Below the pieces are notes generated by a model. That model had not been told where the DNA came from. It made no database searches and was given only the letters and a program-made list of their open reading frames with translations. The translations under genes were made by a program, and so were the position numbers. Below are positions 30,119 through 45,104 of a stretch of 64,000 bases of DNA, piece after piece. The stretch comes from the human T2T-CHM13v2.0 reference genome, Homo sapiens. Where the stretch lies: assembly GCF_009914755.1 (NCBI RefSeq), contig NC_060932.1; one strand, given 5' to 3'. Each line of letters starts with the position of its first letter. Position 1 is the stretch's first letter.

Positions 30119-32211
30119 GTGGGTGAAGGATATTAACAGACACTTCTCAAAAGAAGACATTTATGCAGCCAAAAAACACATGAAAAAATGCTCATCATCA
30201 CTGGCCATCAGAGAAATGCAAATCAAAACCACAATGAGATACCATCTCACACCAGTTAGAATGGCGATCATTAACAAGTCAGGAAACAACAGGTGCTGGA
30301 GAGGATGCAGAGAAATAGGAACACTTTTTGTTTACACTGTTGGTGGCACTGTAAACTAGTTCAACCATTGTGGAAGTCAGTGTGGCGACTCCCCAGGGAT
30401 CTAGAACTAGAAATACCACTTGACCCAGCCATCCCATTACTGGGTATATACCCAAAGGATTAGAAATCATGCTGCTATAAAGACACATGCACACATATGT
30501 TTATTGTGGCACTATTCACAATAGCAAAGACTTGGAACCAACCCAAATGTCCAACAATGATAGACTGGATTAAGAAAATGTGGCACATATACACCATGGA
30601 ATACTATGCAGCCATAAAAAATGGTGAGTTCATGTCCTTTGTAGGGACATGGATGAAGCTGGAAACCATCATTCTCAGCCAACTATGGCAAGGACCAAAA
30701 ACCAAACACTGCATGTTCTCACTCATAGGTGGGAATTGAACAATGAGAACACATGGACACAGGAAGGGGAACATCACACACCGGGGACTGTTGTGGGGTG
30801 GGGGGAGGGGGGAGGGATAGCATTAGGAGATATACCTAATGTTAAATGACGAGTTACTGGGTTCAGCACACCAACATGGCACATGTATACATATGTAACA
30901 AATCTGCACGTTGTGCACATGGACCCTAAAACTTAAAGTATAATTTAAAAAAATACTATCACATTAGCAACACCTTAATTCTGGAGGGAACACATTCAAA
31001 CCATAGCAAATGCAAATCATCAAATTTAACTAAAGTAAAAATAGAAAATCCAAGTATTCCTATAGATGCTATAGGAATTAAGTTTCTAATTAAAAGCCTC
31101 CCCACAAAGAAAACTCTAGGTCCAACTGGTCTCATTGGTGAATGAAAAGAATACAAATTCTATTCAAACTCTTAGAGGAAGAAGGAACCATTTTCAACTT
31201 ATTTTATGAGGTCTTCATTACCCCAATAACAAAACTAGACAAAGAAAAGTACAGGTCAATATCTCTCATGAATAAAAATAATAGTAAGTTGACTCTAGCA
31301 ATATATAGAAAATGGAGTTTATCTCAGGTATTGAAGGTTGGCTACCATTTGAAAATCAACATAGTTCCCCATAACACTATAAAAAATTATCTCCATAGAT
31401 GTAGAAAAAAAATTAAAAAGATTCTGAAAACATTCCCATTGATGTTTAAAAAAACTCTTAGCAAACTAAGAGTAGAAGACATCTTTAACCTAATAAATAA
31501 ATGAATAAATGTGTAAAAAATCCAGAGCTAACATCATACCTAATGGCAGAAGACTGAATGTTTTCACCTCCTGTTTAGGAACAAAGCAAGGATGCCCAGT
31601 CTCGTAACTTCTCTTCATCAAGGAACTGGAAATCCCAACCTGTGTAATGAGGCAAGAAAAAGAAAAAACAGGCAGAAAGATTAAAAAGTAAAAAGCAAAA
31701 CTCTTTGTTGCCAACTACATGACCATGTATGTAGGAAAACCCTAGGGAATCCCCCAAAAAAGCTCTTAGAACTAGTGAGGGTGATGCTGTCTCAGGTTGC
31801 AAAGTCAATACAGAAAAATCTTATATTTCTATGTATTCACAATGTCAGTGTAAGAAATCGAATTTTTTTAAAAATAGCACCCAAAAATATGAAATAATTA
31901 GAGGTAAATCTAACAAAATATGTGTAAGACCTAAATTGTTGAGAGAAACTAAAGAGGCAACATAAATGGAGAGACATACCATTTCCATGAATTGGAAGAC
32001 TTAATATCCCTAATTAATCTATAGATAGAATACAATTCCAGTCAAAATCCCAGTAATTTTTTTTTTAAGATCTCTCTGTGCTCCTTATTAGATCCTGCTT
32101 CTACTATGGGAACTTCTCAGTCAACTGAAACTCCTCTTCTCAAACCCCTGCTGACTAGATACTCTACCTACCTACCTACCTACCTTCCCTCCTTCCTCTC
32201 TTTCTTTCTTT

Positions 32212-32500
32212 CCTTTTGACACAGGGTCTCACTCTGTCACCCAGGATAGAGTGCAGTGGCACAATCTTGGCTCACTGAAGCCTTGACCTCCTGGGTTCAA
32301 GCAATCCTCCCACCTCAGCCTTCTGAGTAGCTGGGACCACAGGTGTGTGCCACCACACCCAGTTAATATTTTTTTAAAAAGATTTTAGAGATGGGGTTTT
32401 ATTATGTTGCCCAGACTGGTCTCAAACTCCTGGGCTAAAGTGATCCACCCACCCACCTCAGCCTCCAAAAGTGCTGGGATGACAGGCCTGAGCCACCATT
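32212..32500 (-). mobile_element. AluJ
   Basis: Reverse Alu preceded by a (CTAC)/(CTTT) tail derivative. Confidence 0.85.
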
Positions 32501-32924
32501 TCCTTTCTTTTTGGCATGATTTTTGCAAACAATATTATGGAACTTCGTTGGCTTCTTTATGAAGCTTTAGATCTCCCCAAACTTGCTCCTCTAAGACCTA
32601 TTCTTTCCATTTACTTCTACTCCTCCTTCCTCCTTGTGCCACCTTTGATCTTTCATCCAGTTACCTTGAATCCTTGATATATCTCCTTCAAGCCTTGACT
32701 TCCTACATTTGGTGGTCAGTGAATAGAAAATTACTGCGAGAAAATGTCAGGGGTATGCTGGACTCTGGTTTCTATGGCCAAACTTTAGTTGAGCTTCTGA
32801 ACCTTCTCCAAGGCTCATCTGTGTACTTTCTTATTAAAAAAAAATATCCTGTAGTGAATTACTATTTTATGTTATAAAATCCTGTAGTAAGTTGTATGTT
32901 GCTTCATTATCCTTTTTTGGCGTT

Positions 32925-33067
32925 TTTTGTGTTTTTGTTTTGTTTTGTTTTTTTAAGTGATGTGGTCTCCTGCTAGGCTGGCCCCAAAATTCCTGAGCTC
33001 AAACAATGCTCTCCCACTTCAGCCTCCCAAGTAGCTGGGACTACAAGCGTGCTTCACTGTACCTGGC
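32925..33067 (-). mobile_element. FLAM monomer
   Basis: Single Alu arm in reverse orientation with a T-rich tail. Confidence 0.7.
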
Positions 33068-33619
33068 TTTACCATCTATTTTGAATCTTCTTCTGTGTCT
33101 CATCTGACTGACCCAGACTCTCTTACTGGCCAGGGCTCTTCTGCAAACTGTTTATTTTGGTGGGGATAAACTGGATATAGGTCAGCTGAGAGCCACAAGA
33201 ATGTCTGCTAGTATAAACAAATTTGCTGTGAGAGGGACCCTTGGCCACAGGTGGAATACTTAGGCATTAAGCCATCTGCCAGAATAAATAAGTATCCCAT
33301 GAAAGGCAGACTGTAAAAACCCACCACCCCCTCCCCTGGAGACCCATCAGGGCAGGGCTAGAATTTATATCTAGAGAAACCTCAAGATAAAATTAGAGGA
33401 AAACGCAACAAATCCAGTTTTAACAAGAACCCTGGCAAGTCAGTTTAACAAGAACTGCCACCCTTGATACCTGATCACGTTCCTCACCCTCCATCCTTCT
33501 GTCCACCCCTGCCAGACCTTTTCCCTCCAACTCCAGCCCCGTGATCACTGGAACTTTAGGCCACTACCCTCCATAGAGGACTCTTGCTGGACTCCAGGTC
33601 GACTAAAAAACCTGAGGCT

Positions 33620-33974
<355 letters not shown>

Positions 33975-34904
33975 TCATTTGGACTTTGGAAACATTTAGA
34001 CAACTGCTAAATATCTCCTCAGTCACTAGTCTAAAATTTAGTCCACAGCCTCTATAAGAAAAACCTCTGAAAATAGGCAAATACGCTCCCAAATTCCTTT
34101 TTTGGAAGAAAAAAAAAAACCCTTGCATTATTTTTCTGTGCCTTTGAGATGATTCCCTATCCTGTCTTCTCTAAAACCTGAGAACTATCATTTGGAAATA
34201 CAAACTTCAGGGAAATGACTGTCATGTTTTTTAAAGGAACTATTTGGGAATTGGGCAAATAAAAATCTCAAGTCTTTTCCACAAACGTTGGTAAAAAAGC
34301 TCTTGCCATGTAAGCAGGTAAACTTAACTTCTCCCATCTTTGTCAGAAACACAATTCGGACAAAAATATAAATTGGAAATAAATCAATGAGTTTGTACTA
34401 CTATGTTTTACTGACTTGTGACTAAATGTTAGAATGAAAGCTGTATTTGTCTGTAAGTTTATGTATGTATATTTGTATATTATGTATATTTAATATTTTT
34501 CCACCTCCGGATAGTGTTACTAAATTAATTTATAAAACCCTTAAAGGAGCTCTATTCAAATTGGCTTAGAGATAAACGAGTGCTCAGATAAATTAGGCAT
34601 TCCTAAAACTCTCAGACATAGACTCTCATCCAAATTTGTTTTTTAAAAAATCACATGACTTGGCTAAGTCTTTGGTAAATAAAGCTAGCTTTTAAATTAT
34701 TGGTAAAATAAAAGTAGGGGTATCTTCAGAATTGTAAGTGTGAAATATAATTCAGATACACATTTTTCCCTGAGTTTGCTGGCCACACAGGTTTGTGTTT
34801 TCCCTGCTTGACGTTTAAAAACATAAAACTAAAAACCCAACCTAAGAGCAGAACACACAGTAAAAATAAATTGCTTGACACATATCATTCATGAAAGTAA
34901 AAAC

Positions 34905-34944
<40 letters not shown>
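34905..34944 (+). repeat. (ATAG)10 tetranucleotide STR
   Basis: Read directly from the sequence. Confidence 0.95.
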
Positions 34945-34945
<1 letters not shown>

Positions 34946-35270
34946 GAATGAATTGTTTAGCTTTTTAGTTCTTTGCCTCTGTGATATTTTTGATACCTGA
35001 TTTGTAAACAAAAATGAAATAAGATGATGGCTTTAAGTTCTTATAAAAAATGCCCATGAGACATCCAAGAATAATTGTTAAAAACACGTGAATTAAATAA
35101 TGTACAAGTGACCTAAAAGTATATACATGAACTTTTCAATAATAATTATGTTTTATAAAACAGGTCTACTTAAAAATAGTTTCAGAAAACTTTTTTGGTA
35201 ACTTGCAACCTTAAAGCTATGCTAAATTAAATTAAGTAATAAATACTCATTACATATCTGAGTCATTTCT

Positions 35271-35568
<298 letters not shown>

Positions 35569-36345
35569 ATATCTGAGTCATTTCTAAGTCACTTAAAACA
35601 TTGAAACATTAATTACTAAGCATAAATTTAAGTTTATATACATTGGCATTTTGTTTTTTATATGGTATAGAGAAGACAAAATTTGGATCTGTTAATAGAC
35701 ATGAAAAATTGTACTATGGAGAAGCACATGATTTTTAGAAATTATGGCTTTAATCTATGGAATGTGATAAACTACAATTGCTGAAGATTAAAATTCTAAT
35801 TAATATATGTAATTAAAACTACTAGAAATAATAAGAGAAACAATCCTGTATGCAAAATACACGAGGAAAGCAAGATGTATTTTTGGTAAGGAAAATTGTA
35901 AGGCATGAAACTGTATTTTCTGTTAATGGAAAAAGGAGTAGTTAATTCTGTACGAAACTATGATGAGCAGTTGTTCCAGAATAAGAAAAAGAAAAATGCA
36001 GGAAGATAAATAAAGATCAATTTTTAAAAATATTTTAAAAGGGTTGTGGAAAAAGAATCTTTGGGGGAAAATGTTATGTGGTCAAAGCTGGCTAAAATGA
36101 GCTTAATTTTATTTATAAGGTTTTCTTACAATTAGCTTCCATATTACTAATACGATGATGCAAAACTAGAATTTCGTCCTCTTTGTCAAAATGGCCAAGT
36201 TTTCTTACTGTATCAGTCTGAGAATGTGAAGATTTTTCTTTATCGTTTAAGTTACTGTACTAGGACACAAAGATTTTTTTACAAAAATGATTTCTTGTGC
36301 TTCACGTTGTTTTCTATCAGGTCTTTGATTACTTAAGAAAAGCAA

Positions 36346-36628
36346 GGCCAGGTGCAGTGGCTCACGCCTGTAATCTCAGCACTTCGCGAGGCCAAGGTGG
36401 GCGGATTGCTTGAGGTCAGGAGTTCAAGACCAGCCTGGGCAACATGGCAAAACGTCATCTCTACAAAAAATAGAAAAAAATAGCCAGGTGTGGTGGTATG
36501 TGCCTGTAGTCCCTGTTACTCAGGAGGCTGAGAGGGGAGGATCAGCTGAGCCCAAGGAGGTCAAAGCTGTAGTGAGCCACGATCATGCTAGTGCACTCCA
36601 GCCTAGGTGATGAAATGAGATCCTGACT

Positions 36629-36681
<53 letters not shown>

Positions 36682-36690
36682 AAAGAAAAA
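36346..36690 (+). mobile_element. Old Alu (J-like) with a pure A50 tail
   Basis: Diverged body; A run at 36630-36679. Confidence 0.9.
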
Positions 36691-39600
36691 TGAGTCTTCT
36701 CAATAATAAAGGAGCTGATTTATTTTTTACAATTCTGTAACCTTCTGTATTTGTCTTTACAATTTTTTGTCATTTTGGTATTGTTTTATAGTGATCTGTG
36801 ATTCTCTTCAAACAAATGTCCTAAACCTTTCAACGTCTTTAACAACTTCCGAACCAAATCAAATTATAAATTAAATGTTTTTGACCTCAAACTAATTTTG
36901 GAACATTTCAGAAGGCCTCTGGAAAGTTCCATAGGATTTGTCTCTCACCTTGTAAAAAAGAGCGATTAAACTAATTAGGCTTACAGGATATGTTAAATTA
37001 TATGAGAAACATCATCAAATAATAGGTGATGCTAAACCTTTATGTTATGTTTGTGGATATGATATTGATACAAGTGTTCCAGAAATTATACATAATTCCT
37101 AGAAATCTGATATGTCCTAGTATAATGCTATCAGTCATAATTTTAGTTATTGTATTAAAATGCAATATGCCACAGAAATAACCACATTTCTTTGACAATT
37201 TCATCATTATGATGGTGAACTCTCATCAAATCTTTAACCATGGCCATTGAATGTCTTTTTTCATCCACAGGCAGTTATTGTTTTACTTTGATTCTTCTCT
37301 GAAAGCATTTGTAATCAGCTACAGCCCAAAATTGCTTCTTCAAGGAGATTCATAAAAAAGGCTCTACTCTGCAATAAAGGTTTCTGATAACTTTAAGATC
37401 ACACCATTGGATGGGGTACAAATTTCTAGAACTCTTATGAAGAAACTGGTGGTTTCATGAAACTGCTAACCAAGATCAAGAATATCAACTACATGAGACT
37501 ACATGAAATGAAGGGGATAATTTTTATGACTTTTATTTGAAACGTTTCTTCTTTAAATATTTTGTTTTCCAGATTTAAGGAAAGCTTTTTTTCTTTTAAG
37601 CTACCTATAACTTACAGCAATTTAGTATATCGTTAACAAAATTAGAACATTTCGTTTTTTTTCTTCCTCCCTGATCCCTCCAGAATTTAGAAACTATTTA
37701 TGAGTACTCTTATTTTTATGACAATTGTAGTTACTTGCACAAGTTTAGTAAGTATATTCTCCTTGAAACAGGACAAAAGTGGAAACACTGATTATATGAC
37801 CAAGGCTTTGACTGGAATATTATATTTTCAGACATGACCAGACAGTTTTAAGGAACTAAAACCAGTAAAGTTTATTTACTTTACTGGAACCAGTAAAGCC
37901 CCCATTGGAAAAACTGGCCTGGCTTAAAAGAGTTTCTAACCTTACAAGTGAGTAAGTAATGTCACTTTCTGACAGGCCCAGGAACTGTAGAATATTTGGG
38001 GGATCCTGAGAAGAAAGGAATTCACCCAGATCTATAGGTATTGCAGGCAAAGTCTGATGGCAAGTTAGTGGCCTGGCTTCTGGCCTCAAGAGGCTATTAA
38101 AAGTCTAACTTGAGGTTCCTTATCAAAAGTTCCAGTAAAGCAAATTTTGAAAAAGCCTATATAGTCAATCACTATTGTTGCGGCACTTGCACAAATAATC
38201 ATTACTTTTGCAAACATTACTTTGCGAACAAATTAGTCTTACTTTGATAATCTTTGGTAGAAATGGAAATGACTATAGAAAGAAAAATATTTCAGAAGAA
38301 AACTATATGCACTCGTTATTAGATTCCAGCTCATTGTTTTTGAGGTTTTTGTTACTCACCTACAATCTGGACTGGATCCTGAATTCTTCTCGTTTCCAGA
38401 AATGTCTGGCTACAGGTCTCCAAACTAATATTTTTCTCCCACCCTTCTGGTTTGGAATCACTGAAATGAGAACTGCTCTATTCCTGAAGCCCTGCGAATG
38501 AAAACTGGATGACTTGACACAAGCCGTAGAGAAAGCACAGCAACTTATGTATGCGTGGTCCTCACGCCTGCTGCTATATGGACTACTCAGAAACGCCCCT
38601 GGAACACCTGATGCAAACTGTAAAGTGGGGAAACCTGTCAAACTGCCACGGCCTGCTCCCACCCCAGCTGAAGATGCTTTCAGCCAAAACCCAGAAATCT
38701 TCTCACCTGGCTGCTTTCTGAGCTTAAAAACCGAGTTTCTAGTTTATTCTAATTACTAACATTGGTTTTTCTTTTGTTCTCATAGAAATGCCTCTCGTGA
38801 AATACTCGCGCCATATGGATGTCTAACTTTGGTGGCAGCCCACCTGTAACACTGCTGCCCGAAATAAGATGCAACTGTTGACAGTTTAGCTAGACTGACT
38901 GATGCTTGGGACTCAGAGACAGGTTCGGTGGTGTAGGAGACAATCCACCGACCCAACTTCTAGATTGTTAAACTTGTCATGGAGCGGAAATACAAATCTA
39001 GTGTTTGATTTGCTCAGATATGCACTTTTAAAGCTCTGAAAAGATGCATGAGAAACTAGAATAAAGTTTACCTAGGGAGGTGTGGGAACAGGGCAGATGG
39101 AGGCCAAGGGTGAAAGTGATATTGGTCACATATCCTTTATTAGAAGTTCTAATTCTCTGTAAACAGGTCTCAGAAATTCCCAGCTGCTTATGGAAAAGCA
39201 GAAATGTCTCGTTCCAAAGGCTGTATAATGGCCTTGTGAACTTCTTGGAATGATAACTCTTCTGGCTGGCTTTACCTTGACCTGTCCTTGACCAGTGACT
39301 TGTTTTCTGTCTTATCTCACTTGGAACTTGGCACAAGTCCTCAGGCCACCCAGTATAGCAGTGGACTTGAGGGCTGTGAGCTAGCGTAGCTGGGAGCCTT
39401 CTCTCTGGGAGTAATTCCGTCTTCCCCTCGGCTCCCATCGCCTTAAAGGACACTCCTCAGTGACCCAGCACTAGCAAGTCCCCAGACCTGCCTGCCAAGG
39501 TCCTCTTTGTCTAATCGGAGGAATCAAGGGCGCCCTCTCCCAAGCTTTAGCTGAACGACGGACTCTCCTGACACTGTCAGGGAGAAGTGAGGGGAAGGCA

Positions 39601-39814
39601 TGGTGAGGAGGGACTCTTGGGGAGCAGAGCAGGCTTCCTCTTCACCTCAGAGTACCTGCTCTGTGTCTCTCCTCCCACGTTCCCTGCCCAGCAGGGTGAC
39701 CTCAATCCCCGAGTCCATTCTCTCCCTGTCCACCGTCCAGGCTGGCCCTCCAGCCCTGCCGCCCACCCCTGTGGCCAAGCCTCCCCCTTAGCACCTGCAG
39801 AAACAGCGCTAGTG

Positions 39815-39985
39815 CTGTCAGGCTCCAACACGCCTGGGTTTCATTCTCGCTCTACTGCCCACTAGCTGTGTGGCCCTGGGGGAGCCATGTGGCCCACCTG
39901 CATCCTGGTGTCCTCATATATAAAATAGGAAAAAGCATGCCCACCTCACAGGACAGGTGCAAAGCTTAAAGTCAATGGTGCGCCT
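39815..39985 (+). mobile_element. MIR fragment
   Basis: 'cctgggtttcattctcgctctactgcccactagctgtgtggccctggg...tcctcatatataaaatagg'. Confidence 0.6.
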
Positions 39986-40177
39986 GTGCTGCCTCCTGCA
40001 AGATTTGTAGATGCTTCTGCGTGCTGGCAAGGTTCTGCTTCTTAAGCTAGTTAGGGGCTACACAGGACTTTGCCTTACAACTATTTGTGAAACTGTCCAT
40101 TTTTGTTTTATGCACTTTCTATATGTATGTTTCATTATACCATTTCTTTAAAAAACACTTATAAAAAAGCAAATCTG

Positions 40178-40297
40178 GTGCTCGCTTTGGCAGCACATAT
40201 ACTAAAATTGGCACGATACAGAGAAGATTAGCATGGCACCTGCACAAGGATGACATGTAAATTCATGAAGTGTTTCTTTCTTTCTTATTTTTTTTTT
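40178..40297 (+). pseudogene. U6 snRNA retropseudogene (full length)
   Basis: GTGCTCGCTTTGGCAGCACATATACTAAAATTGG...ACAGAGAAGATTAGCATGG... with TSD AAAGCAAA(T/C)CTG at 40166-40177 and 40298-40309; I see no PSE/TATA upstream. Confidence 0.92.
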
Positions 40298-40350
40298 AAA
40301 GCAAACCTGTAGAAGAAAATGTTAGATGCTGAAAAACATTTAGTTATTCA

Positions 40351-40673
<323 letters not shown>

Positions 40674-41199
40674 TCAGGGGAAATTATTCTTCCCCTGATA
40701 AGGATAGCGTTCCCTACTTTAACACCATCTCAGTTCTCTCCTTTCTGAAGAATCTCCCTGATTCTCTGTTATTTCAAATAACTGTCCTTTCCCAGCCAAG
40801 CTCCTAAGATGGCTATTCTAAAACCGCCACCTCCCCTTTCACTCCCCTTTCCCTTCTGTGAGCTGTGGCTGTCAGGCTGTGCCGCAGCTGAGAATGCACC
40901 AATGGCTTCCAGCAGCAAACCCATCTCCCTTACGCTTCTGAGACCCGGACCATTGCTCCCTGCCATCCTTCTCCCACTGCAGGGAGCTCTGCCTTCCAAC
41001 CTGCATCAGTCGTATCCCAGTGCACGAGGGTGCCCTGGGTACAATTCCAGGGTCAGGTACTGTAAATGACAGGGGATAGTATCACCTGGACTTGCATCAG
41101 AGGTAGCTGAAGTTTCTGAAAACACCCATTCCTCAGCCTCACTCCAGACGACTTGTCAGGAAGGAGTTCCAGAAGGAGGACGGTCACCCCCAGCGCCTC

Positions 41200-41400
41200 C
41201 CATGGGCCAGGCACTGCCCATGCTTTGGACACTTTAGTCCTTCCCCAGTTCTAAAGAGTGGGTGCTATAATTGTCCTCATTTTGCAAAGGAGGAAACTGA
41301 GGCTCAGAGAAGCTGAGAAACATGGAGTGGGTCCTGTGGGTGGGAGTGGTGGGTCAGAATTTGAAACCAGGACTGTGCGGCTCCCCTGCCCACACTTTGG
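41200..41400 (-). mobile_element. MIR fragment
   Basis: Core 'cctcattttgcaaaggaggaaactgaggctcagagaag'. Confidence 0.7.
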
Positions 41401-41424
41401 CCGTGCTTTGCTAACCTAGTATCT

Positions 41425-41570
41425 AGAGCAGCAGCGTTTCTCAAACTTGTCTGCACACATGCATTGCCCGGGGGTTCTCATTCTTTCTGACCCAGCAGGT
41501 CTGGGTGGGGTCTGGGAGGCTGCTTTTCTAACAAGCTCCTGGGTAAGCTGATGCAAGAGGGGAGACAGAA
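41425..41570. mobile_element. MER5-like hAT-Charlie fragment
   Basis: 'cagcgtttctcaaactt...caggtctgggtgggg...tttctaacaagctcctgggt'. Confidence 0.55.
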
Positions 41571-44500
41571 TTGGAATAAATGTGACCCACCCCATCACCA
41601 GGCTTTCCCTGCTTTACGGTAGGTCAGCTAAGGTTGAGGAAATAGATGGGCCTCTCACCACCATCCTCGCCAGAGCCAGCCGCAGCCTGGAGGCCCCTCA
41701 CCCGGAGGGGCTGCCTCCTTCCTGCCAGTATAGATCAGACACAAGGCTCAGCTTCTGCCCAGACTGCACAAGAGCTTAAGGCTCTGAAAACATCACTAAA
41801 GGTGGGAGGAGATGGCAGGGAGCAGCTCCATCTCAGGGTTAGGGCATCGGGCATCTGACCAGCTTCTCTCAGCTCTGCAGCCTTCCCAGAAGTGCACACT
41901 CTGGACATGCGGTCCCCCTGGGAGGTGGAGTCAAGTCCCTGCTCCAGAAGTTTCCCTACCTGGGAGCAGCCTCCAGGCCCCTCTGCCTTTGCCCAGCCTC
42001 TGGCTTTCTGGGAAAAAATTTTGTTCATCACATTGCACGTTCCTCAGAGAAAAAGTATTGGCAGCCCTTTGCAAAAGTTTCTGTGTTGTTCTTCTTTTCA
42101 AATGTAAATTCTGTCCTTATGGGCCTGAGAAAGAGACGAAGCACCATAGATACTGGTCACTTCCAGGCCTTTTCCAACCAAGAGTCCTTCTCCTGAGGAT
42201 GTGGAGGGGGCTCTTCTTTGAAGCTCCTTTTGGGGCACAGCTTCCCAGTTAAGCCTGTTGTCAGTGTCTCCACCTGTTTCACCGTGTGGCACACACAGCA
42301 CATGACACTCTGCGTGCCACATGCCGCGATGCAGAAGGCCGCCGCCCCTGAGGCTGTGAGCGCACCTGGGGTCCCCTGGGGCCGAGGACCTCCGTACCTC
42401 ACACACTCATTCCGTGTTCACAGCTCTGCAGTCGAGAAGTTCTGGATGGAGACTCTCACCCTCCCCTCCAGGACACTCACTGGCCACACATTCTGCCAGA
42501 AGGACAGAGGGCATTAGTAGAAGCCATCAGAATAGCCTGGTGAGACTGAGAAGGCAAGTGTCACTGAGGGGAGCCCAGCAACATTAGGGCTTTGAGGTGA
42601 CCTGGAGATGGGGCTGAATTCTGAGCTGAGTCCTCGGAGCACAAGCCCGCCCTGTGTCTCCGAGAGGGTGCCCTACCTTCATCTCTCTCTCTCTCCATCC
42701 TCCTCCCACCCATCCCTGCTTCTCTCTCAGCCAGAATTGTTCATCACATTGACCCCTCCCTTGTTCCCCCACCTGAGCCCCAGGAGTATGTTCTCTGTGT
42801 GGGTACAGCCTGCTGTGAGCTGCAGCAGCACAGCAATGGGCAGAAGTTCCTGCCTCTGAGGCCCTGGCAGCCCGTACTTCAAAATCTGCCCCACTTGAAC
42901 CAGTGCCTGTGAATGCCAGGGGGTGAACACTTGCTCGCTTGTTCTGCTCACAAGCAGTTTATGGGCAGGGTTGTCAGGCAAAGCAGCAGACCACTTTTCT
43001 CTGTGGGTTTTAGTAAATAATTTTAAAGCACCATGATGGAATCTGTGCATGGCCGTCAGGATGCCGGACAACTTTCAAAGACGGCTGCTGTGACAGACAC
43101 TGAGGTGGCATTTGTTGGGAGTGCATTTCTCCAGCTTCTCTAGGTATTCTGATATCTTGATTCCCACAGACTTAAGTCCAAGTCAGCTATTCCCAAGCAG
43201 TGGAGGTAGATAGGGTATCAGTACCTTGTCAAGAATAAAAGCCCTTGGTGAGCTAATAACTGGATTGACTCATTTCCCCAGGCAGGTAGCTTCATGAATG
43301 AGAGCCCAGCAACCTGTCGCCAAGGTTGGTTGGGCAGGAAAAAATGCATCCAGTCTCTGCAGCATCTGTCCTGGGAAGGGCCAGCCCTCTTGAGCTCTGA
43401 GTGTGTTTTTTTCATGTTGGTTATATCAGGTTCCTTGAGAGGCAAAAGTGAAAGGCAACTCTTGGGTCCTGGCTTCCTTGAGGAGGCTGGAGTGCCACTC
43501 CGTCCATCCAGACTTCAAATGGACCCACACTGATGTACATCTGCTCTGTTTCACTGGCACTGTTTCATTTCTGTCTCACAACAATCCTCTAAAACCAATA
43601 CGACCCTACACAATTTTCATAGAAGATGAAATGCTTGTTTTCCTGGCATCTGGTTCAGTAATGAAAATGTGTTTTGAATGGAGGTGAGCAAACAGGGCTA
43701 TCAGGAGAGCATCTAGTCCAATGGGCGGCAGGTGTGCAAACAATGACAACAGGTCTTCTTTCTTGGGAAGAAAGGTGCATGTGGATCTGGGGCCTCTGAG
43801 CAGGGGTGGCAAGATGGGATTTGCTATGTAAGAGATACGCTTGGACAAGTTCCCATGAGAAACATGGGGAGCTCCTCCTTTGTGAACGGAAGCCTCTCCC
43901 AAAACGTTTGATAATTACTGCTTTAGCAAAAGAAATGCTTTTTCCTTGAAAAACAAAAGCTCAGGCACAGTTGGGTTTCTCTCTCACTATTGCTCCTTGC
44001 ATAGCTCCAACTACCATATTAATTTTTTTAACTCATACAGATTTATCTTAACCATATTAATTTTCATTACTAGCCAAAATGTCTTCTACTTCACAGAGAA
44101 AAATGGTGGGTAGAGAAGTGAGAACTGTTTATCTTAGACAAAGATTTCAGCAGAATAGCAAAGTTCATAACCAACCTTCTATAGCCACACACATTCCTTT
44201 TACGCCTTCTGAAAGTTCAAAAATGAGCAGTCATGCATCTGATCCCAAGATACAGCCTCTCTAAAGCACAACAAATAAAAAGCAATTGCATATAAACCTA
44301 AAATTATGTTGCATAATCAATGTTTTGTCATTTGATAGTATTTAGAGGTCATCTAACTATCAGTGATTATCCATTAACTCAACTTAATATCAGCCCCAAA
44401 TTCTAAGTCATCTAAACACCTAGAAAAGTATCTTCCAGCTACAAAATATAATTGCTGTTGAAAGAAAAAGTTTGTCACCATAACGAATGAATTTAGTTGA

Positions 44501-44646
44501 GCACAAATTTCCTGGTTTAATGATCCTCAACATTATGTAACATTAAGTAATCGCTTATTTGATGAGTAAGCTTGTACGAGTTTAGGAAAGACAAACCAAA
44601 TAAAATGCATGCTTGTGTTATATACATCGATAAATAGGAGAAGTAA

Positions 44647-44969
<323 letters not shown>

Positions 44970-45104
44970 AATCAAAATTATTAAACTAGTCTAGTTTGCC
45001 AAAGATTAATCTTAATTATGTGAACTTGGTTTCTGAATTGGTATTAGAAATTCAATTTTCTTATTTTCTGGGAATTTTAGAAATATTCAGTTTATATGAG
45101 CAAT

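Noticed and set aside
41735-43071. Cluster of 80-146 aa ORFs in GC-rich unique DNA
   Set aside because: Overlapping on both strands, with no homology I recognise and no clear exon structure.
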